Shown here in pieces: positions 8,973 to 21,218 of a DNA stretch of 36,018 bases. Position 1 is the first letter of the stretch, and each line of letters begins with the position of its first letter. The notes under the pieces were generated by a model. That model worked only from the letters and a program-made list of their open reading frames with translations. It had not been told where the DNA came from and ran no database searches. Position numbers and translations under genes: made by a program. This DNA comes from a virus: UHGV virus genome UHGV-1420163, one strand, 5' to 3'.

Positions 8973-9665
8973 TTAAAACAACGAGCCAAGCAATCCGATA
9001 CCAGCACCAATGCCAGCGCCCCAAGGTGTTGATGTTCCCAAAAGGCTGGCAAGACCTGCACCGGCAATCGCACCAGACGTGCCACCGCTAATTGCAGTCT
9101 GAAGACTTGATGGTTTATTGGCATTAGCAGCGGCAAGAGCTGCGCTTTGCTGTGCAATGCTGCTCATGTTGTTGGCGTACGTCTGCCCGGCGTTTGCCTG
9201 ACCTTGCAGCGCACCAAGCCCAACGTTTGCCAGATTGTTGTAATTGCTCATCTGGTTTGATAACCAAGACTGACCGAGAGTCGGCGCGATCGTGGCCAGT
9301 TGATTGCTTGTGGCTGTCGAACCAAGTCCTCCCGTAGCCTCCGCAGCAGCAAGACTCTGGTAACGAGCCTGACCTGCAAGGTCTTTATACTGCTGAGAGT
9401 TGTAATACTGATTAAGTGCCTGCCCCTGACCTTCTAAACTGGAAAGGTTCTGAAGCTGGTTAACATACTGCGCCGCAAGAGGCGTGAACGGAGCAAGGTT
9501 TTTCATGATCGTCTGCCACTGCTGATTTTGCAGGTCTGCGGCATACTTCTGAGCTTCTGCGGCATACTTTGCACTTTTATCAGAACTGCCACCTTTCCCG
9601 CCTTTTTCAGGGCAATAAGGTTCCTCGCCGCGCAGTTTTCTGCCCAGCTTAAATGCATATAACAT
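8973..9665 (-). CDS. Ejection protein, gp7-like (230 aa)
   Basis: N-terminus MLYAFKLGRKLRGEEPYCPEKGGKGGSSDKSAKYAAEAQKYAADLQNQQ matches recalled P22 gp7. Confidence 0.85.
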   Translation of the reverse strand: MLYAFKLGRKLRGEEPYCPEKGGKGGSSDKSAKYAAEAQKYAADLQNQQWQTIMKNLAPFTPLAAQYVNQLQNLSSLEGQGQALNQYYNSQQYKDLAGQARYQSLAAAEATGGLGSTATSNQLATIAPTLGQSWLSNQMSNYNNLANVGLGALQGQANAGQTYANNMSSIAQQSAALAAANANKPSSLQTAISGGTSGAIAGAGLASLLGTSTPWGAGIGAGIGLLGSLF

Positions 9666-9667
9666 GG

Positions 9668-10123
9668 CTATCTCCCGTGATTCAGGAAGTCGATTAGTTC
9701 TTCGCGTGTGGCGCTGTAAAACGTCACGTCATCCACGCCTTTGAAGTATTTCTTGATGGTTCCTACACGCTTAAGGCCAATCATTGCGCAGTACATCTGA
9801 CCGTGGCGGAATTTGCGTGCAGCGAACGATGTGACGCACTGAACGGTGGTGTTAGTAAGAATGTATCGCCAGAACGCCATCCCGATTTCCTTGCTGAATC
9901 CACGAACCTCTGGCAGGTACATGGCGTGGCAATCGAATGTAAGCGGCTGAATCTCCTGATAGTAAACAATGCCGCCGAACTGCCCGTGCACGTTCACCTC
10001 GAAGTAACGGCATTCAGGCTTGTAGTCGTATCCATCACCGTTGTTGCTCCCGGTGATAATGTCGGGGTGATTTCCCACGGCTTCTATCAGGTCGATGTTT
10101 CGCGTTGGTTTGAACTGAATCAT
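9668..10123 (-). CDS. Tail accessory protein, gp14-like (151 aa)
   Basis: Synteny between tail needle and gp7-like gene; size similar to P22 gp14. Confidence 0.6.
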   Translation of the reverse strand: MIQFKPTRNIDLIEAVGNHPDIITGSNNGDGYDYKPECRYFEVNVHGQFGGIVYYQEIQPLTFDCHAMYLPEVRGFSKEIGMAFWRYILTNTTVQCVTSFAARKFRHGQMYCAMIGLKRVGTIKKYFKGVDDVTFYSATREELIDFLNHGR

Positions 10124-11076
10124 TACTGCTCCGCGATTATCTTGATGGTTGTGGCAGTAAACGACGCACCATTCGACTGAATGGTTAACGTGCTGCCATT
10201 TGTGGCAAGAAAGCCGTCTTTATCCACGCTGAAGAACGTAGCTAACAGGATGTTATCGGTCGTTGTCGCCGAGTTGCGACTGCTTACCAGTGTGTCAGGA
10301 ACAGAGCCGGAAAAGGTTAGCTGCATTGACCTGTTGGCGGTTCCACTGGGCCACGTCCCGACAATCGACAGCTTGAAGAACAGGGTTTTGTTCTCGTTGA
10401 ACACAACCATCTTGTTGTTAACGGTGTCGAAGAATGGTGCCAACGTGCCGGATGACGGCGTGAGCGTTTTCAGCAGGCTAACAAGGTTGGTAGGCGCTGT
10501 CGGAATTGTTACCGATACCCCTGAGTAAACAACCTCTGATTTCTTGCGCGTGGTGGCATACTCAAGCGCAGATATTCTTGTTGAGTGATCACCAACTGTG
10601 CTTTGTAGCGTCGAAATACTTCCCTCTGCCGCTGTGAGCCTGGTATCAAGTGCGTCGATATCGGTTGTATTCTGAGTTATGCGCGCATCATGGTTTGCTA
10701 ACTCAGATTCATTGGCAGCAATTCGCGTCTCGTGATCAGCCAGCTCTGTTTCAGCAGCCGTAATCCTTGTTTCATGATCTGCAAGAGTGCTTTCCGCTGC
10801 TGCAATTCTATGTTCATGATTGATGAGAGTTGCTTCAGCAGCTTCAATTCTGGATTCATGGTCTGCAAGGGTGACATCCTGCTCATCGTTTCTGACCTGC
10901 GCATGATAAGCGCCCTGTCCGGCCTCGTTGGCCTTGTTAGCCACGTTACCAACATCAGTGCCCTGTGCGATAACGTAAAGCAGATACGACTGCGAGAAGA
11001 TATTGCGTGGAAGAACTGATGTATCGAGCCGCGTAGCCTGGATGATTACCGGCACATTGAGATTCGAATCCGCCAT
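10123..11076 (-). CDS. Tail needle (gp26-like) with extended C-terminal domain (317 aa)
   Basis: N-terminus [27 protein letters not shown] plus heptad-like repeats ([11 protein letters not shown]); longer than P22 gp26, consistent with knob-bearing needles. Confidence 0.8.
   Translation of the reverse strand: MADSNLNVPVIIQATRLDTSVLPRNIFSQSYLLYVIAQGTDVGNVANKANEAGQGAYHAQVRNDEQDVTLADHESRIEAAEATLINHEHRIAAAESTLADHETRITAAETELADHETRIAANESELANHDARITQNTTDIDALDTRLTAAEGSISTLQSTVGDHSTRISALEYATTRKKSEVVYSGVSVTIPTAPTNLVSLLKTLTPSSGTLAPFFDTVNNKMVVFNENKTLFFKLSIVGTWPSGTANRSMQLTFSGSVPDTLVSSRNSATTTDNILLATFFSVDKDGFLATNGSTLTIQSNGASFTATTIKIIAEQ
10690..10900. repeat. About four imperfect tandem copies of a ~42-bp unit inside the tail-needle gene
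   Basis: Repeating units of the form TCAGCAGC...AATTC...TTCATGATCTGCAAG, encoding the repeated coiled-coil motif. Confidence 0.5.
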
Positions 11077-12494
11077 TACTCAATCCTTATCTGAGCGCCA
11101 GACAGAGTTACAGGTGACTTCGTGATAACGCGCAATTTGAAGCCGACATTTTTCCTGATGCGCCCGACTCGCTTCCACAAAACACGTTTGTCGTAAACGA
11201 ACGGTTCATTCTGTTCAATCATCTGCTCACGTCCGTAATTGATTCCGTCAGTGGTTGCAGAGAGGAACAGGCGGTCAGCGTACTGCGCAACGCCAGTTGA
11301 AGATTCAACCTCAAGGTCGAACACTCTTGCGTTATCCGCTTTGAACAACGGAGTAAACAACAGGTGTTCCTGTTGCTTGTCGTACTGGCTGCTGATGTCG
11401 AATTGCAATTTCCCGGTCACGGACTCCAGCTTATCGCCGCACGTTATCTGATTTCCTTCGTAAATGAAGTCAATAGCGCGGTACACATCGTCATATAAGC
11501 CTGTTTTCAGCACACACCATTGTGGACCATTGGCGCTTGAAGATGCGTCGTACACGAGGACGTGGCGCGGAAGGTGGATAATCAGCAACTCATGAGCATC
11601 AAATCGCAGCGATTCCATTACACCATCAGCCAGTTCATTAGCAGTGTAGGAGCGTAGTATTTTCTCAATGCTCGCGCTGGCGATTGGTGACACCTGCCCG
11701 GAGCCGATGATGTATACAGACGGCGCACCTGTTGCCGGATTGCTGATGAACGCATAGGAATCAGCAAACGGCGTTTTGCAGTAAGTTCCGGCGATGCCTT
11801 TTTGCACCATCAGCGATGGCTGCGCGACATACAAAGCAGCACCAACGGTAGTTGCGCCTGTCAGGGAGAAATATTCAATCGTCGATGAACCAAAGCAGAC
11901 GATGAAGTCTCGCCATGTACCTATGCCGATGATGCCGTCCGGCTGCGATTCTGCGCGATATTGTGCGCTGTAACGGTCAGGATGCGATTCGTCTTCAAGG
12001 TCAGTGATAAACCATGAATCAGTTCCGTCTTTTGACCACGCATAACGCCCACGTAAGCGCGTAATGTCGCGAACTGAACCTAACTCGTACCGTGTGAATC
12101 CGCTGTCTGTAGGCCAGTTTGAGACGGTTTTAACCGTGCCATCATAGCGATACTCGACCAGTTGACCATTAACGCCTACCGCCTGTGATGTTCGACCATG
12201 CGCCATTGATACGCGACCACTTCCGGCAACATCACCAACCTCGCTTTCGCCCTTATACAGCTTGCCACCACACACGCGATAAACAGCATTCTGCGCCATG
12301 TTGTACTCGACGCCTCGCGATACGCCGTTCACATCAGAACGTTTGGCAATGCCCGGGAATGAGCGAAGATATCCGCTGCTGTTGAGGATTTCTTTGGGTG
12401 TAGCCAACATATTCACTGGTAGATAGTCGATATAGTCAGCGTTTCTAAAGTCTTTGCCGACACCTTTCATAAGCGGAAGTTGCTGAATCGGCAT
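11076..12494 (-). CDS. Tail hub/head completion protein, gp10-like (472 aa)
   Basis: Same length as P22 gp10 and syntenic between gp4-like and needle genes. Confidence 0.8.
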   Translation of the reverse strand: MPIQQLPLMKGVGKDFRNADYIDYLPVNMLATPKEILNSSGYLRSFPGIAKRSDVNGVSRGVEYNMAQNAVYRVCGGKLYKGESEVGDVAGSGRVSMAHGRTSQAVGVNGQLVEYRYDGTVKTVSNWPTDSGFTRYELGSVRDITRLRGRYAWSKDGTDSWFITDLEDESHPDRYSAQYRAESQPDGIIGIGTWRDFIVCFGSSTIEYFSLTGATTVGAALYVAQPSLMVQKGIAGTYCKTPFADSYAFISNPATGAPSVYIIGSGQVSPIASASIEKILRSYTANELADGVMESLRFDAHELLIIHLPRHVLVYDASSSANGPQWCVLKTGLYDDVYRAIDFIYEGNQITCGDKLESVTGKLQFDISSQYDKQQEHLLFTPLFKADNARVFDLEVESSTGVAQYADRLFLSATTDGINYGREQMIEQNEPFVYDKRVLWKRVGRIRKNVGFKLRVITKSPVTLSGAQIRIE

Positions 12495-12994
12495 TATTCG
12501 CTCCCATTATCGCAAGGTTCCTTTCGGTGGAAGTAATTCCAACCGTTCCACTTCGCCAACTGGTTTCCACTGCCAACAGGCATACGGTTTGGATAACCGG
12601 ACTTACATTTAGCGGCTTTTGCTCTGTCCATTGCAGACAGTTTGACGAGTCGCTCTTTCCCGTATCTGGCAGTGGTTATAAGTTTTGCTGACGCTTCCAA
12701 CGCATAATCCGGAGCAATGCGGCAGGCAAGGTTGAAAATGACGGCATTGATAGCGTTATTTGATAAACCGTGCTCATCGCCCGGATCCGGAGCGACATCT
12801 GCATCAGCAAAAATGTAGCCAACGTTGATACCAGGTGACGCATCACCGCCAAGCCATTCAGCCATCATCATTTCAAGGTCGTTGACGCCGTCTTCCATGG
12901 ACTGAGGTTCGGCATCGGTTAACGTGGCATTTGATGCCACACCGAGCTTACGTAATGCCGCAAGAACTAAATCACCCTTCGTTGTCAGGTTCAT
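12494..12994 (-). CDS. Head completion/tail adaptor protein, gp4-like (166 aa from internal ATG; track ORF extends to 13060)
   Basis: [43 protein letters not shown] and [14 protein letters not shown] match recalled P22 gp4. Confidence 0.8.
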   Translation of the reverse strand: MNLTTKGDLVLAALRKLGVASNATLTDAEPQSMEDGVNDLEMMMAEWLGGDASPGINVGYIFADADVAPDPGDEHGLSNNAINAVIFNLACRIAPDYALEASAKLITTARYGKERLVKLSAMDRAKAAKCKSGYPNRMPVGSGNQLAKWNGWNYFHRKEPCDNGSE

Positions 12995-13565
12995 CTGCTG
13001 CCGCCTTAGGTTTTCGACCAGGCTTTTTACGCTGTTTTTCTTCTGGCTCTGGCTCTGCAATGGCCGGACGTAAACTCAGGAGTCGTCCAAGAACATCATT
13101 TGCTTCATGACCATCCCACTCTTTCCCGAACTCAAGCTCAGTACCTTCAGGAAGGAACTCGATTTCTTCAACAGGTAGGTGATAAGTGATTTCTCCTTCT
13201 GGAGTGGTGATACCAGCAATGATCCAGCCATCCCACTCGTCACCGTCACTGTGTTTGCGAGACCACCACGAAAGCTCAGCGTAAGCATGCATCAGCGATG
13301 AGAAGAGGCGCACTCGGTGAGCGTAAAGCTCGTTAAAAGTGTGATAACCGTCGGACACTTCGCCCATATCAACTGGGGAAGTTTCACCTCCGCCAACACT
13401 CCCAATTTGATCACCAACAAGAGGATCATCAGGAACATCGTCAGGGTGCTTATACCAGCCATTTGCTAAGTGCACAGCTACATCATCAGGATCAACGGTT
13501 TTCGTTTTCAGCTTGCGCCCCCAGATTTTGGTATCTCCGCCAGCCTGAAAAATCATTACGCTCAT
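12972..13565 (-). CDS. Hypothetical acidic protein with basic C-terminal tail, between coat and gp4 (197 aa)
   Basis: ATG at 13565 with GGAG RBS 6 nt upstream; the track's longer ORF (to 13745) overlaps the coat gene in another frame. Confidence 0.55.
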   Translation of the reverse strand: MSVMIFQAGGDTKIWGRKLKTKTVDPDDVAVHLANGWYKHPDDVPDDPLVGDQIGSVGGGETSPVDMGEVSDGYHTFNELYAHRVRLFSSLMHAYAELSWWSRKHSDGDEWDGWIIAGITTPEGEITYHLPVEEIEFLPEGTELEFGKEWDGHEANDVLGRLLSLRPAIAEPEPEEKQRKKPGRKPKAAADEPDNEG

Positions 13566-13608
13566 TGGTATCTCCAATAGAAAAGGGAGCCGAAGCTCCC
13601 TCTGGTTA

Positions 13609-14904
13609 TCACGCATTCTGGTTAGGCAGACCAACACCAATTGCCTCTGGTCGTACAGCACATGCTGAATACCACACAGCAATACGGCACTTACCAGACA
13701 GAGTGTTGATATCACCCTGCGTTGCGAAGATGCCGTTAACACCAATGCCAGGAATGCTGAAGGAAGACGTTTTCATACCAGCAAACAGTTCATGGGTTAC
13801 CGGGATCGGCTGAGACAGCAGACGGATTGAGTCATCAGCCCAGAACACGTTAGCGGTGGTTGTTGCCACGTTCAGAACGTTCACCGGAGTGTTATCAGCA
13901 AGAGAGGTGTTTACATTAGCGTAAGCCTTCTCTTCTTTTGTCAGTGACGCGTCATCCAGTGCAATCGGCTTCGGCGTGATTTCGATGTGAGTACTATCGA
14001 TCACACGGGTGATTGAGAAAGTCGCGTCATCAGTCAGCACATTCTTCGCCATCTGAGACAGGAACTTCACACCAGTGAAGCTGATTTTGTCGCCGCGCTT
14101 AAATCCGGTGGTGGAGGATACGGTCACCGTTGCAACACGGTTGTCGACGTTCTCTTTGTTACCATCGGTATCAAGGGTGTATGCCTGCGGCTTAAACTTC
14201 TGCGCACCAGAAACAGTTACACCAGTAGCGGTTGACTTGGTAACTGCGGGAAGTTTCGGTGAGCGAAGAATTTCATCAAAGCCAGCAATCTGACGCTGAA
14301 TAGTACCGTTGTGATACGCGTCTTCAGTAACGCGCCCGAAGATGTCACCATCTACCAGGTTGCGGCCTGCTTTGCGGTAATCGTCAGGGTTCAGGAAGTA
14401 ACTGATGCCCATATCGCGGTTTAGCTCACGGGAGAACATCAGGCGCTCTGCATCAGACACAAAATCCCAGCCAGACAGGCCAGTAGATGGACCAATTGCG
14501 CGGGTATCGTGAACAACAAGCGAGCCCATTTCAGTTGCCTGTTTGGCAATTGCTGACTCAATGTTATTCGCCAGTTTTTTGGCGGATGCCTGGATGCGAC
14601 GACGGTAAGAACGCTCATCACGCAGGTCATCTGCACGAAGCTCGAAGAAATCGTTATCCGGATCGCCCATGTTGCATTTCACGGAGAGTTCCAGAATCCC
14701 GGTTGCGTTGCCAGTTAAATCCCAGCCAGTCTGAGTTGGCGCTTCCTGCTCAACAGGCATCCACACGGTGTTGCTTGAACGCTGCATGGACTCTGCCGGA
14801 GGGGTGTATTTTGTCACTTTGGACGCCATTGGCGTCAGATTCTGGACGGTTTCGATGATTTCATCCAGAGCATACGTGACCAGTTGACCTTCATTTAATG
14901 CCAT
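13609..14904 (-). CDS. Major capsid (coat) protein, P22 gp5-like
   Basis: 431 codons, [22 protein letters not shown] start, syntenic after scaffold; length matches P22 coat. Confidence 0.9.
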   Translation of the reverse strand: MALNEGQLVTYALDEIIETVQNLTPMASKVTKYTPPAESMQRSSNTVWMPVEQEAPTQTGWDLTGNATGILELSVKCNMGDPDNDFFELRADDLRDERSYRRRIQASAKKLANNIESAIAKQATEMGSLVVHDTRAIGPSTGLSGWDFVSDAERLMFSRELNRDMGISYFLNPDDYRKAGRNLVDGDIFGRVTEDAYHNGTIQRQIAGFDEILRSPKLPAVTKSTATGVTVSGAQKFKPQAYTLDTDGNKENVDNRVATVTVSSTTGFKRGDKISFTGVKFLSQMAKNVLTDDATFSITRVIDSTHIEITPKPIALDDASLTKEEKAYANVNTSLADNTPVNVLNVATTTANVFWADDSIRLLSQPIPVTHELFAGMKTSSFSIPGIGVNGIFATQGDINTLSGKCRIAVWYSACAVRPEAIGVGLPNQNA

Positions 14905-15815
14905 TATCGAATTCCTTTATTCAGTTGCGCCTTAAGCTTGCGGTACGTCTCTACATCCCCTTTGTTTGCTGCCGCTTCCATCTGCTTTTCAATCGCAGAG
15001 ATATTTGCAGCAACAGCGTGTCCCTGAATGGGTTCATCAGGTAGCGGGGCTTCTGAAACAGGTTTGGCTCGAGGCTTGAGAGTTAAACGTTCTGACAGTC
15101 GAGTGAGTTCAATCAACGCGGATTGCCCGTCCATCGCCAGCAACTGGCGTGTCTTCTCAGGATTAGCACCAAGGTGATACATGAGAGCAGCGGATTTCTC
15201 CGGGAAGAGGCGCATGATGTCGGCACCGACTGCTGGCGGCACCAGTTGCATGAATGCATCCTCTTTCTCCTGATAGTCAGGGATATTGAGTTTTTCCGCT
15301 GCGTCGTAGTGCTTACGGGCTGCCTCGACGTATTGCGCTGATTGCTGGGTGAACTCCTGAGTTTTGCGACCCTGCTCGGCGACAGCCTGGCTTCGTGCGT
15401 CCATAGCCTTGATCTGCCATTCACTGTTTGCCTGCTGGAAGGCAGCCAGTGCGCGGCTCTGGTCATAGTCGTACTTAGCCAGTGCGTCTTCGGAAAGATA
15501 ATCGTTAGGGTCTGGTTGTTTTGGTAACTCAGGGTTCACCCGCAGGTGCTCCGGCAACTCTCCACGCTTAACCGCTTCCATCTGCTGCTCAAGCTCACGC
15601 TGGCGTTTGCGTTCGATGCGGCGACGGGCAAATTCAGCATTAGTTGCCGGGTCTTGTTTTGGTTTCTCATCGTCTTTCAGGACAATCTCGAAGCCTTCTT
15701 CCTGACCTGCGTTGTCGTTGGCATTATCGACAACTAAGCCATCAGCAGATGCCGCTGCATGATTGCCGGGCAGGGTTAATTCTTCAGAAGCCTGAATGTC
15801 GGTGGTTTGGTCCAT
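14904..15815 (-). CDS. Scaffolding protein, P22 gp8-like (303 aa)
   Basis: Length and position between portal and coat; acidic helical composition. Confidence 0.85.
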   Translation of the reverse strand: MDQTTDIQASEELTLPGNHAAASADGLVVDNANDNAGQEEGFEIVLKDDEKPKQDPATNAEFARRRIERKRQRELEQQMEAVKRGELPEHLRVNPELPKQPDPNDYLSEDALAKYDYDQSRALAAFQQANSEWQIKAMDARSQAVAEQGRKTQEFTQQSAQYVEAARKHYDAAEKLNIPDYQEKEDAFMQLVPPAVGADIMRLFPEKSAALMYHLGANPEKTRQLLAMDGQSALIELTRLSERLTLKPRAKPVSEAPLPDEPIQGHAVAANISAIEKQMEAAANKGDVETYRKLKAQLNKGIR

Positions 15816-15828
15816 GATTAACTCTCTC

Positions 15829-17994
15829 TTATTGAGGTGTCTCGGCTACTCCGCCGGAGGGGATTTGAACTTGACGCATAAGATTCGCGAAATCCATGCG
15901 TTGTGAATGAGTCTGGTCTGCATCTTTAAGAAGCAGCTCAGCGTTAGCGCGAGCATCTTTGCTGCGCTGTTGCTGGAATTGACCGACGAGCTTGAGGTAC
16001 TCACGCAGTTCTGCCTGCTTGTCGAGGTCCATATTGTTGAAGATTTCTGCAATCTTCGCGGCGTTGAGTTGGTTTTGGGCTTCAACCTTGGCAGCTTCAA
16101 CCTGAATCTGGGCCTGTTGGTTCTCTGCCTTGAGCAATTCAGCCTGACCTTGCAGAAGGATGCCCTGCGCCTGAATTTGCTCTGCTGATGGCTGCTGCGG
16201 CTGTTGTTGTGCCTGCTGCACCATCTCCATCTCTTCAGGTGTTTCTGGTTTCTTCAGCCCCATCATCACCAGTTGCTTGTTCGCGTACTCTCGCATCATC
16301 TCGACGCCTTTACCGTCAAGCAGCGTGAAGTATTGCAGCATCAGCATCTGGAACTCTGGAGTACCTTGCGGAACCTTGGTGAGTAACTCCTGAATCTCTG
16401 CGCGGTTCTGTTCCTTCATGCTCTGGAAGGATGGTCCAACTCCTATATAGCACTCGTAGCGACCGCGAATGTCGTTGAGTGTGACCACATTACCGGACTG
16501 GTAATCGACAACTTGCGCGTAGAGTTGAACGTCTTTCTCGCTTCCATCTTCAAGTGTCAGCGTTACATGACGAGGGATGTCATAAATATCATTGACCATT
16601 GAGGCATAAATCTCGCCATCACGCCGCATTGCGGTAGCCAGGTTATCCTGAAACACGTATGTCTCAAGGTCTGACCGCATGTTCAGTTGATTGACGGTAT
16701 CGAAAGAGACCTGAGAGTTTGCTGCCTGTGCATCCACGCCAAGACTAGCCACCTCTTTCACTGCGTTGGTGGCAGCCTCAAGCATGTAAGCGTTGGCTTG
16801 CGGCACTTCAGGGTTTTCCATGTAGGAGATTGGACCAATCGGCAGGTCGTTACCGTTTTCATCAGTCCTGTTCTGGAGATAGTACGGATAGTCATCATTT
16901 CCACCGTACATGTATTCGTAGCCTTCGATTTGCTCAGGGAAGAAGGTCGGTTTCTTCTTCGGTGAACGACCAACAATATCGGCGTTGAATGACATGATCA
17001 TGTTACGAAGGCGTTGACCGTCTTTCGTCAGCCTTACCACTCCTTCGTAGCACTCCTTGTCACCAGCGAATGACCATTCGCCATACACTGGAACGATTGG
17101 AATATGCTCTCCTGCTATCTTCTCGCGGTCTTTCAGTATCTGCGTGCAGGTGATGATCGACTTATACACACGCCGACGCTTCACCTTGCGCTCTGCTACC
17201 TTAATGAATCCACGATTAGCCAGGTCGTCGATGACGTCTTTAATATCCTGCTGGTAATAGCTGACCGGCTCACCTGTCAGCGGGTCGCGGTAGATGAAGA
17301 CCTTCTCTTTCTTCTCTTCTATCTCGTAATACTCAGCGACGTAGACGACATCATTCGATACCCACGGAAACAGCCATGTGTCGTTCGGATTCTGGAAAGA
17401 TGGCAAGGTGTCCGGATCAATACCGTAATCCTCTGCGAACTCTTTCCAGCCATTGCGTGACAAGGCGTTAATCACCGTGCAGTGCTTAGCGTCGCTCTTA
17501 TCCATCTGCTTGCTGTTGGCGTCCCATATGACGTGTGAGCAGGCCTCATGGATTGGCAGGCGTCTGATTACCTGATTGTTGCTTGTTGGGTCGTTGTCTT
17601 CGTACTGTGTGACCAGACGCCATGCACCAACGCCGGACTCTATCTGCTCACGAACGCCAACGTTAACGGCAATCTTTGCCGTGTTATGGCGCATATCAGT
17701 ACGATACATCCCCATCAACACATCGGCTGCATCAGGATTAGCGCCGTCTTTGGGTCGGAAGAGAACGTCGATAGGGTTCCGGCGCATCTCTGCGACCAGT
17801 TTCCTGACCACTGGGCGAACAACATCGAATTGTCCGCGATATTGCAGGGTGGTGTAGTTTGATAGCCAGTCATCCCATTGCGACACTCGGCTAAAAAACA
17901 GGTCATTTGTCGCCTCGGTTCTGGCTTCATCGCTCGCCATCCAGTCTGCGTCAAACTTACACAGAATGGAATTGAGTCTGTTTTCGTCGGCCAT
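15829..17994 (-). CDS. Portal protein, P22 gp1-like (721 aa)
   Basis: Extended match to recalled P22 portal ([33 protein letters not shown] ... SGGVAETPQ). Confidence 0.95.
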   Translation of the reverse strand: MADENRLNSILCKFDADWMASDEARTEATNDLFFSRVSQWDDWLSNYTTLQYRGQFDVVRPVVRKLVAEMRRNPIDVLFRPKDGANPDAADVLMGMYRTDMRHNTAKIAVNVGVREQIESGVGAWRLVTQYEDNDPTSNNQVIRRLPIHEACSHVIWDANSKQMDKSDAKHCTVINALSRNGWKEFAEDYGIDPDTLPSFQNPNDTWLFPWVSNDVVYVAEYYEIEEKKEKVFIYRDPLTGEPVSYYQQDIKDVIDDLANRGFIKVAERKVKRRRVYKSIITCTQILKDREKIAGEHIPIVPVYGEWSFAGDKECYEGVVRLTKDGQRLRNMIMSFNADIVGRSPKKKPTFFPEQIEGYEYMYGGNDDYPYYLQNRTDENGNDLPIGPISYMENPEVPQANAYMLEAATNAVKEVASLGVDAQAANSQVSFDTVNQLNMRSDLETYVFQDNLATAMRRDGEIYASMVNDIYDIPRHVTLTLEDGSEKDVQLYAQVVDYQSGNVVTLNDIRGRYECYIGVGPSFQSMKEQNRAEIQELLTKVPQGTPEFQMLMLQYFTLLDGKGVEMMREYANKQLVMMGLKKPETPEEMEMVQQAQQQPQQPSAEQIQAQGILLQGQAELLKAENQQAQIQVEAAKVEAQNQLNAAKIAEIFNNMDLDKQAELREYLKLVGQFQQQRSKDARANAELLLKDADQTHSQRMDFANLMRQVQIPSGGVAETPQ

Positions 17995-19494
17995 TTAAGT
18001 TCTCCGTGCGATGGGCCTGATTGGGGCTGGTATCTTTTTCTCTTTTGGTTTTTTGATGTCGCGCATCATTTTGGCGAAGCGGCGCATCATGTATGCATAG
18101 CGAACGGCTGAGAGAACGTCGTCGTTAAGCTTGACGATCTTCCCGTTTTCATCACGGTGATAGAGGCGGAACTCCTCAAAGAATGGCTCACAGGTGTTGA
18201 ATACTTTGAAGCGACCATCGAGCATCATGTCGCGCAATTCAGTGATGCCAGGCTCCACAGCATTACCGCCATCAGGCCATGTCGCATGCTCCTGCAACAT
18301 CATAAAACCAGCGTCTGCATACTGCCCTTTGAGCTGCTCACCGCCGCCCTTCTCATGCTGGTTTCCGTCATGAGGCCATGCGGTTGGCACTTTATGCGCC
18401 CATGATTTAACAGCTCCCCATGCCTGAACAGCTGTTTTTTCTTTCGCCTTCCACACGCGTGAAACGTAGATTGTGTCTGCGTCCTTATCCCACCAAAGCT
18501 GAACCTGCGCCTGTGGGTGATCCCATCCGAAATCCATCCCGCCAATTACGTAGAAGTGATCAGGACACTCGAACGGCTGACACTTAATAGTCTCTTCCGG
18601 TATCTGGAAGATTCGACCACTACCCATTGTAGGAATACCGCGAGCACGCGCTTCTCTCTCATGCTCAGGATAGGATGCGATGATTTGCTCTTTCTGCTCG
18701 TCGGTATAGTGCTCAGCGTCATAGATGGTCATGTTGACCACTTTCTGCGACTTGCTGGGATTCTTCAGGAACTTGGTAACAACGTCAGACATCCCCATCA
18801 GCGGGGTAAACGTCAGAATTGAGAATTGCCCGTATTTGTTGGTACGGGTAAGACCTTCGCCATAAATGCTGTATGGTGGCTCTTCGTCAAACCACACGCC
18901 GTGGATTGTGTCACCCTGCCAGCGAGCACGGCCTTGCGAGTATGGTTTGAAGTAGCAGATTGAAATGCCATCTTCAACGCCATCAGCCGTGTGATGCTTA
19001 ACCAGAAGATGATCAACAAGGTTCGGAAAGAAAGGAGACTTCTTCCAGCTAATGATGTCTTCTTTCGGTATGGAACCGTAGCCTGGCTCGTCATTCTCTT
19101 CGATACGACCGCACAGGATGCGTTGAGTCGTTTTGGTTACAGTCTCGTTTGTCTCGCCGCCAATCCAGAAGACAACAGGCTCATAGAAACGCTTACCTTT
19201 CCACTCCCCACCATATTTACCATCAGCCGGATAGCCTTTTGTGCCCGGATAACGCCCGGTAAGGTGAAACGCGACTTCAGCAGCACCAGTAAATGACTTA
19301 CCAAGCTGGTTACCAGCCATAAAACATCGCTCTGGATAGTCATGTCCGGCGTCGATGAACTCACGCTGTTTGCTGTATGGCGTAAATTCATATAGCAGGT
19401 GTGTGTTCCGGTAGTACTCTTCTTCTTCGAGTAGCTCGAGCAACTCGATTTGCTCTTCGTCGCTCAGGTTATCAAGAATCGCGTCCAGTTCCAC
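17995..19494 (-). CDS. Terminase large subunit, P22 gp2-like (499 aa)
   Basis: Same length as P22 gp2; sits between small terminase and portal. Confidence 0.9.
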   Translation of the reverse strand: MELDAILDNLSDEEQIELLELLEEEEYYRNTHLLYEFTPYSKQREFIDAGHDYPERCFMAGNQLGKSFTGAAEVAFHLTGRYPGTKGYPADGKYGGEWKGKRFYEPVVFWIGGETNETVTKTTQRILCGRIEENDEPGYGSIPKEDIISWKKSPFFPNLVDHLLVKHHTADGVEDGISICYFKPYSQGRARWQGDTIHGVWFDEEPPYSIYGEGLTRTNKYGQFSILTFTPLMGMSDVVTKFLKNPSKSQKVVNMTIYDAEHYTDEQKEQIIASYPEHEREARARGIPTMGSGRIFQIPEETIKCQPFECPDHFYVIGGMDFGWDHPQAQVQLWWDKDADTIYVSRVWKAKEKTAVQAWGAVKSWAHKVPTAWPHDGNQHEKGGGEQLKGQYADAGFMMLQEHATWPDGGNAVEPGITELRDMMLDGRFKVFNTCEPFFEEFRLYHRDENGKIVKLNDDVLSAVRYAYMMRRFAKMMRDIKKPKEKKIPAPIRPIARRT

Positions 19495-19960
19495 GGTTGA
19501 ATAGCTCCTTGATACGAGAGCGCCGCTTATCGCGATCTCCCTTATCAGGTGTCACGTCTTCAACTTGCGACTGCTCTTTGAGGCCCAAATCACGGGCGAT
19601 GATGTTAGCGTTGAGAAGGTCAGCGGCTGCGCCAGAGAATTTCTGATCGTAGATGATGTCTTCCGCTCGTGATGTGACGTCAGAAAAACCTTCCATTGAC
19701 CGGAAGGTTCCCCATGTTTGCCTGGTGATATCAAGGAAGGTACACAATCCTGAAATAGTCATGGCTCGCATCTTAGGGACATTAGCCTTAATTATTTCTC
19801 CCTGATATGAAAATACCTTACCCTCCCATAGCGGGTTATCATCAGCCCACTCGAAGTATTCACAACAAGCAGCCCACAGCGCCTCAGGCGATTCGAATTT
19901 AGGATTTCGCCCATGACTACTGCGGGCCTCCCAAAATCGGTTGCCCTTTGGTGCTGCCAT
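19472..19960 (-). CDS. Terminase small subunit, P22 gp3-like (162 aa)
   Basis: [40 protein letters not shown] matches recalled P22 gp3. Confidence 0.9.
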   Translation of the reverse strand: MAAPKGNRFWEARSSHGRNPKFESPEALWAACCEYFEWADDNPLWEGKVFSYQGEIIKANVPKMRAMTISGLCTFLDITRQTWGTFRSMEGFSDVTSRAEDIIYDQKFSGAAADLLNANIIARDLGLKEQSQVEDVTPDKGDRDKRRSRIKELFNRGTGRDS

Positions 19961-20054
19961 ATTGATTATTTCCCTTCTGCTTGCTTATCCCGTTCATCGC
20001 GGAATTTGGATGGGTTGTCGAAGCCCTGAGAGCCGGAACAAACTTTGATTACCA

Positions 20055-20249
20055 TTACTTAGCTCCTTCCTGCTTGCCTGTGTTTGATGTCGTTTCAGTA
20101 GCAGCCCAAGAGCAATTAATGCTACCCGCAACACCATATCCATAACCAGTCTTGAAGAAATTGTTGCCAGTAAATTGTTTAACAATCTTCCCGCAGCACG
20201 GGCAGCGTTGGCATTGGCAATAAGGGGATTGATTATTCCAGTGATGCAT
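20055..20249 (-). CDS. Small Cys-rich protein (64 aa, CxCxxCxCC), tentative
   Basis: ATG at 20249 preceded by AGGAG at ideal spacing; overlaps the upstream gene by 17 nt; ends just before terS. Confidence 0.35.
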   Translation of the reverse strand: MHHWNNQSPYCQCQRCPCCGKIVKQFTGNNFFKTGYGYGVAGSINCSWAATETTSNTGKQEGAK

Positions 20250-20622
20250 CTTGTTTCTCCTGAATGAATGGCAGGAAGTGATTAACCATCCTGTCCAGCA
20301 TGTAACAGTACGTCTCGTTGGCATCTTCAGGCCTTGTCGTCACGCCGACATCAGAGCAAACGTAAAAGCAGACGTGGGCGCGCTCATGAACGAGCGTAGC
20401 GATCTGCTGATCGAATACTCCAATCAGATAGCATCGCTCACCCGTATCAGTGTTTTCATAGTTGCTTGCAAGCCCAAGATTGAATGGCTTCTCATCCCCG
20501 CTGCCGCCAAGGAATTTATCAGCGTGCTGAAACTGTTCTCTGGTTGTTGCGAGGTAGACGTGTGCACTTTGAAACAGCGGAATGGTGAACGCCGGGAGTT
20601 TGTGCCATTTGGCCTTAGCCAT
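20233..20622 (-). CDS. Hypothetical protein with HExxH motif (129 aa), possible small metallopeptidase
   Basis: LVHERAHV motif; tightly packed after the 80-aa gene. Confidence 0.55.
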   Translation of the reverse strand: MAKAKWHKLPAFTIPLFQSAHVYLATTREQFQHADKFLGGSGDEKPFNLGLASNYENTDTGERCYLIGVFDQQIATLVHERAHVCFYVCSDVGVTTRPEDANETYCYMLDRMVNHFLPFIQEKQDASLE

Positions 20623-20623
20623 A

Positions 20624-20866
20624 TCACACTCCAGCGGTGAACAGGTCTAACGCTTCCTTCGATTTACGCACCGCTTCGATAGTGCGGGTCGTGATATCTG
20701 AATTAGCGCCGCCTGACTGGAAGTGAATTTTGAATAGCTCAAGCTTCAGCTCGTCAGTACCAATGAACTGAAATGCTTCCTCTGCGGCTGCGTTCTGGTT
20801 CATGACCAGCTTGTAAATCTCTAGCTGGAATTTCTGTTCTTCAGTCATGGGAATAATCTCTGCCAT
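20624..20866 (-). CDS. Hypothetical 80-aa protein
   Basis: ORF with GGAG RBS; one nucleotide upstream of the HExxH gene start. Confidence 0.5.
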   Translation of the reverse strand: MAEIIPMTEEQKFQLEIYKLVMNQNAAAEEAFQFIGTDELKLELFKIHFQSGGANSDITTRTIEAVRKSKEALDLFTAGV

Positions 20867-21218
20867 TGTTGGCTCCGTTTATCCGTTAAAAGGGATATCA
20901 GTTAAGTTATCCCGTGTAGGGTATAAGCCATTGTCGAGACCACTCATTGAATGGCCTCTGCAATAACCGATGTCTTTCCATCAGTCCGCCACCACAAAGA
21001 ATCTTTTTTGCCATAAGGCTGGAGGTTCATCTTTCAGTGGCTGCCAGTGTTATTTCCCCACTTTCTGGCTTGGGTTGTTTCGCTGTACTGCCGCAACTGG
21101 TGGTGCACAGATTTAGTTAAATCTGTTCTCGCCTGAACTATCTTTTACATACCCGGATTGTGGGGATGTAAATCACGGTTTCATTATCAAGCCCACCCGT
21201 AGATGAGCTTTGGAATGG

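Noticed and set aside
12972-13745. 257-aa version of the coat-gp4 intergenic ORF
   Set aside because: The first 60 codons overlap the coat gene 3' end in another frame; an internal ATG at 13565 has a proper RBS.
20055-20324. 89-aa ORF upstream of terS
   Set aside because: The first 25 codons overlap the HExxH gene; only the 64-aa portion from ATG 20249 with an AGGAG RBS is plausible, and even that is tentative.
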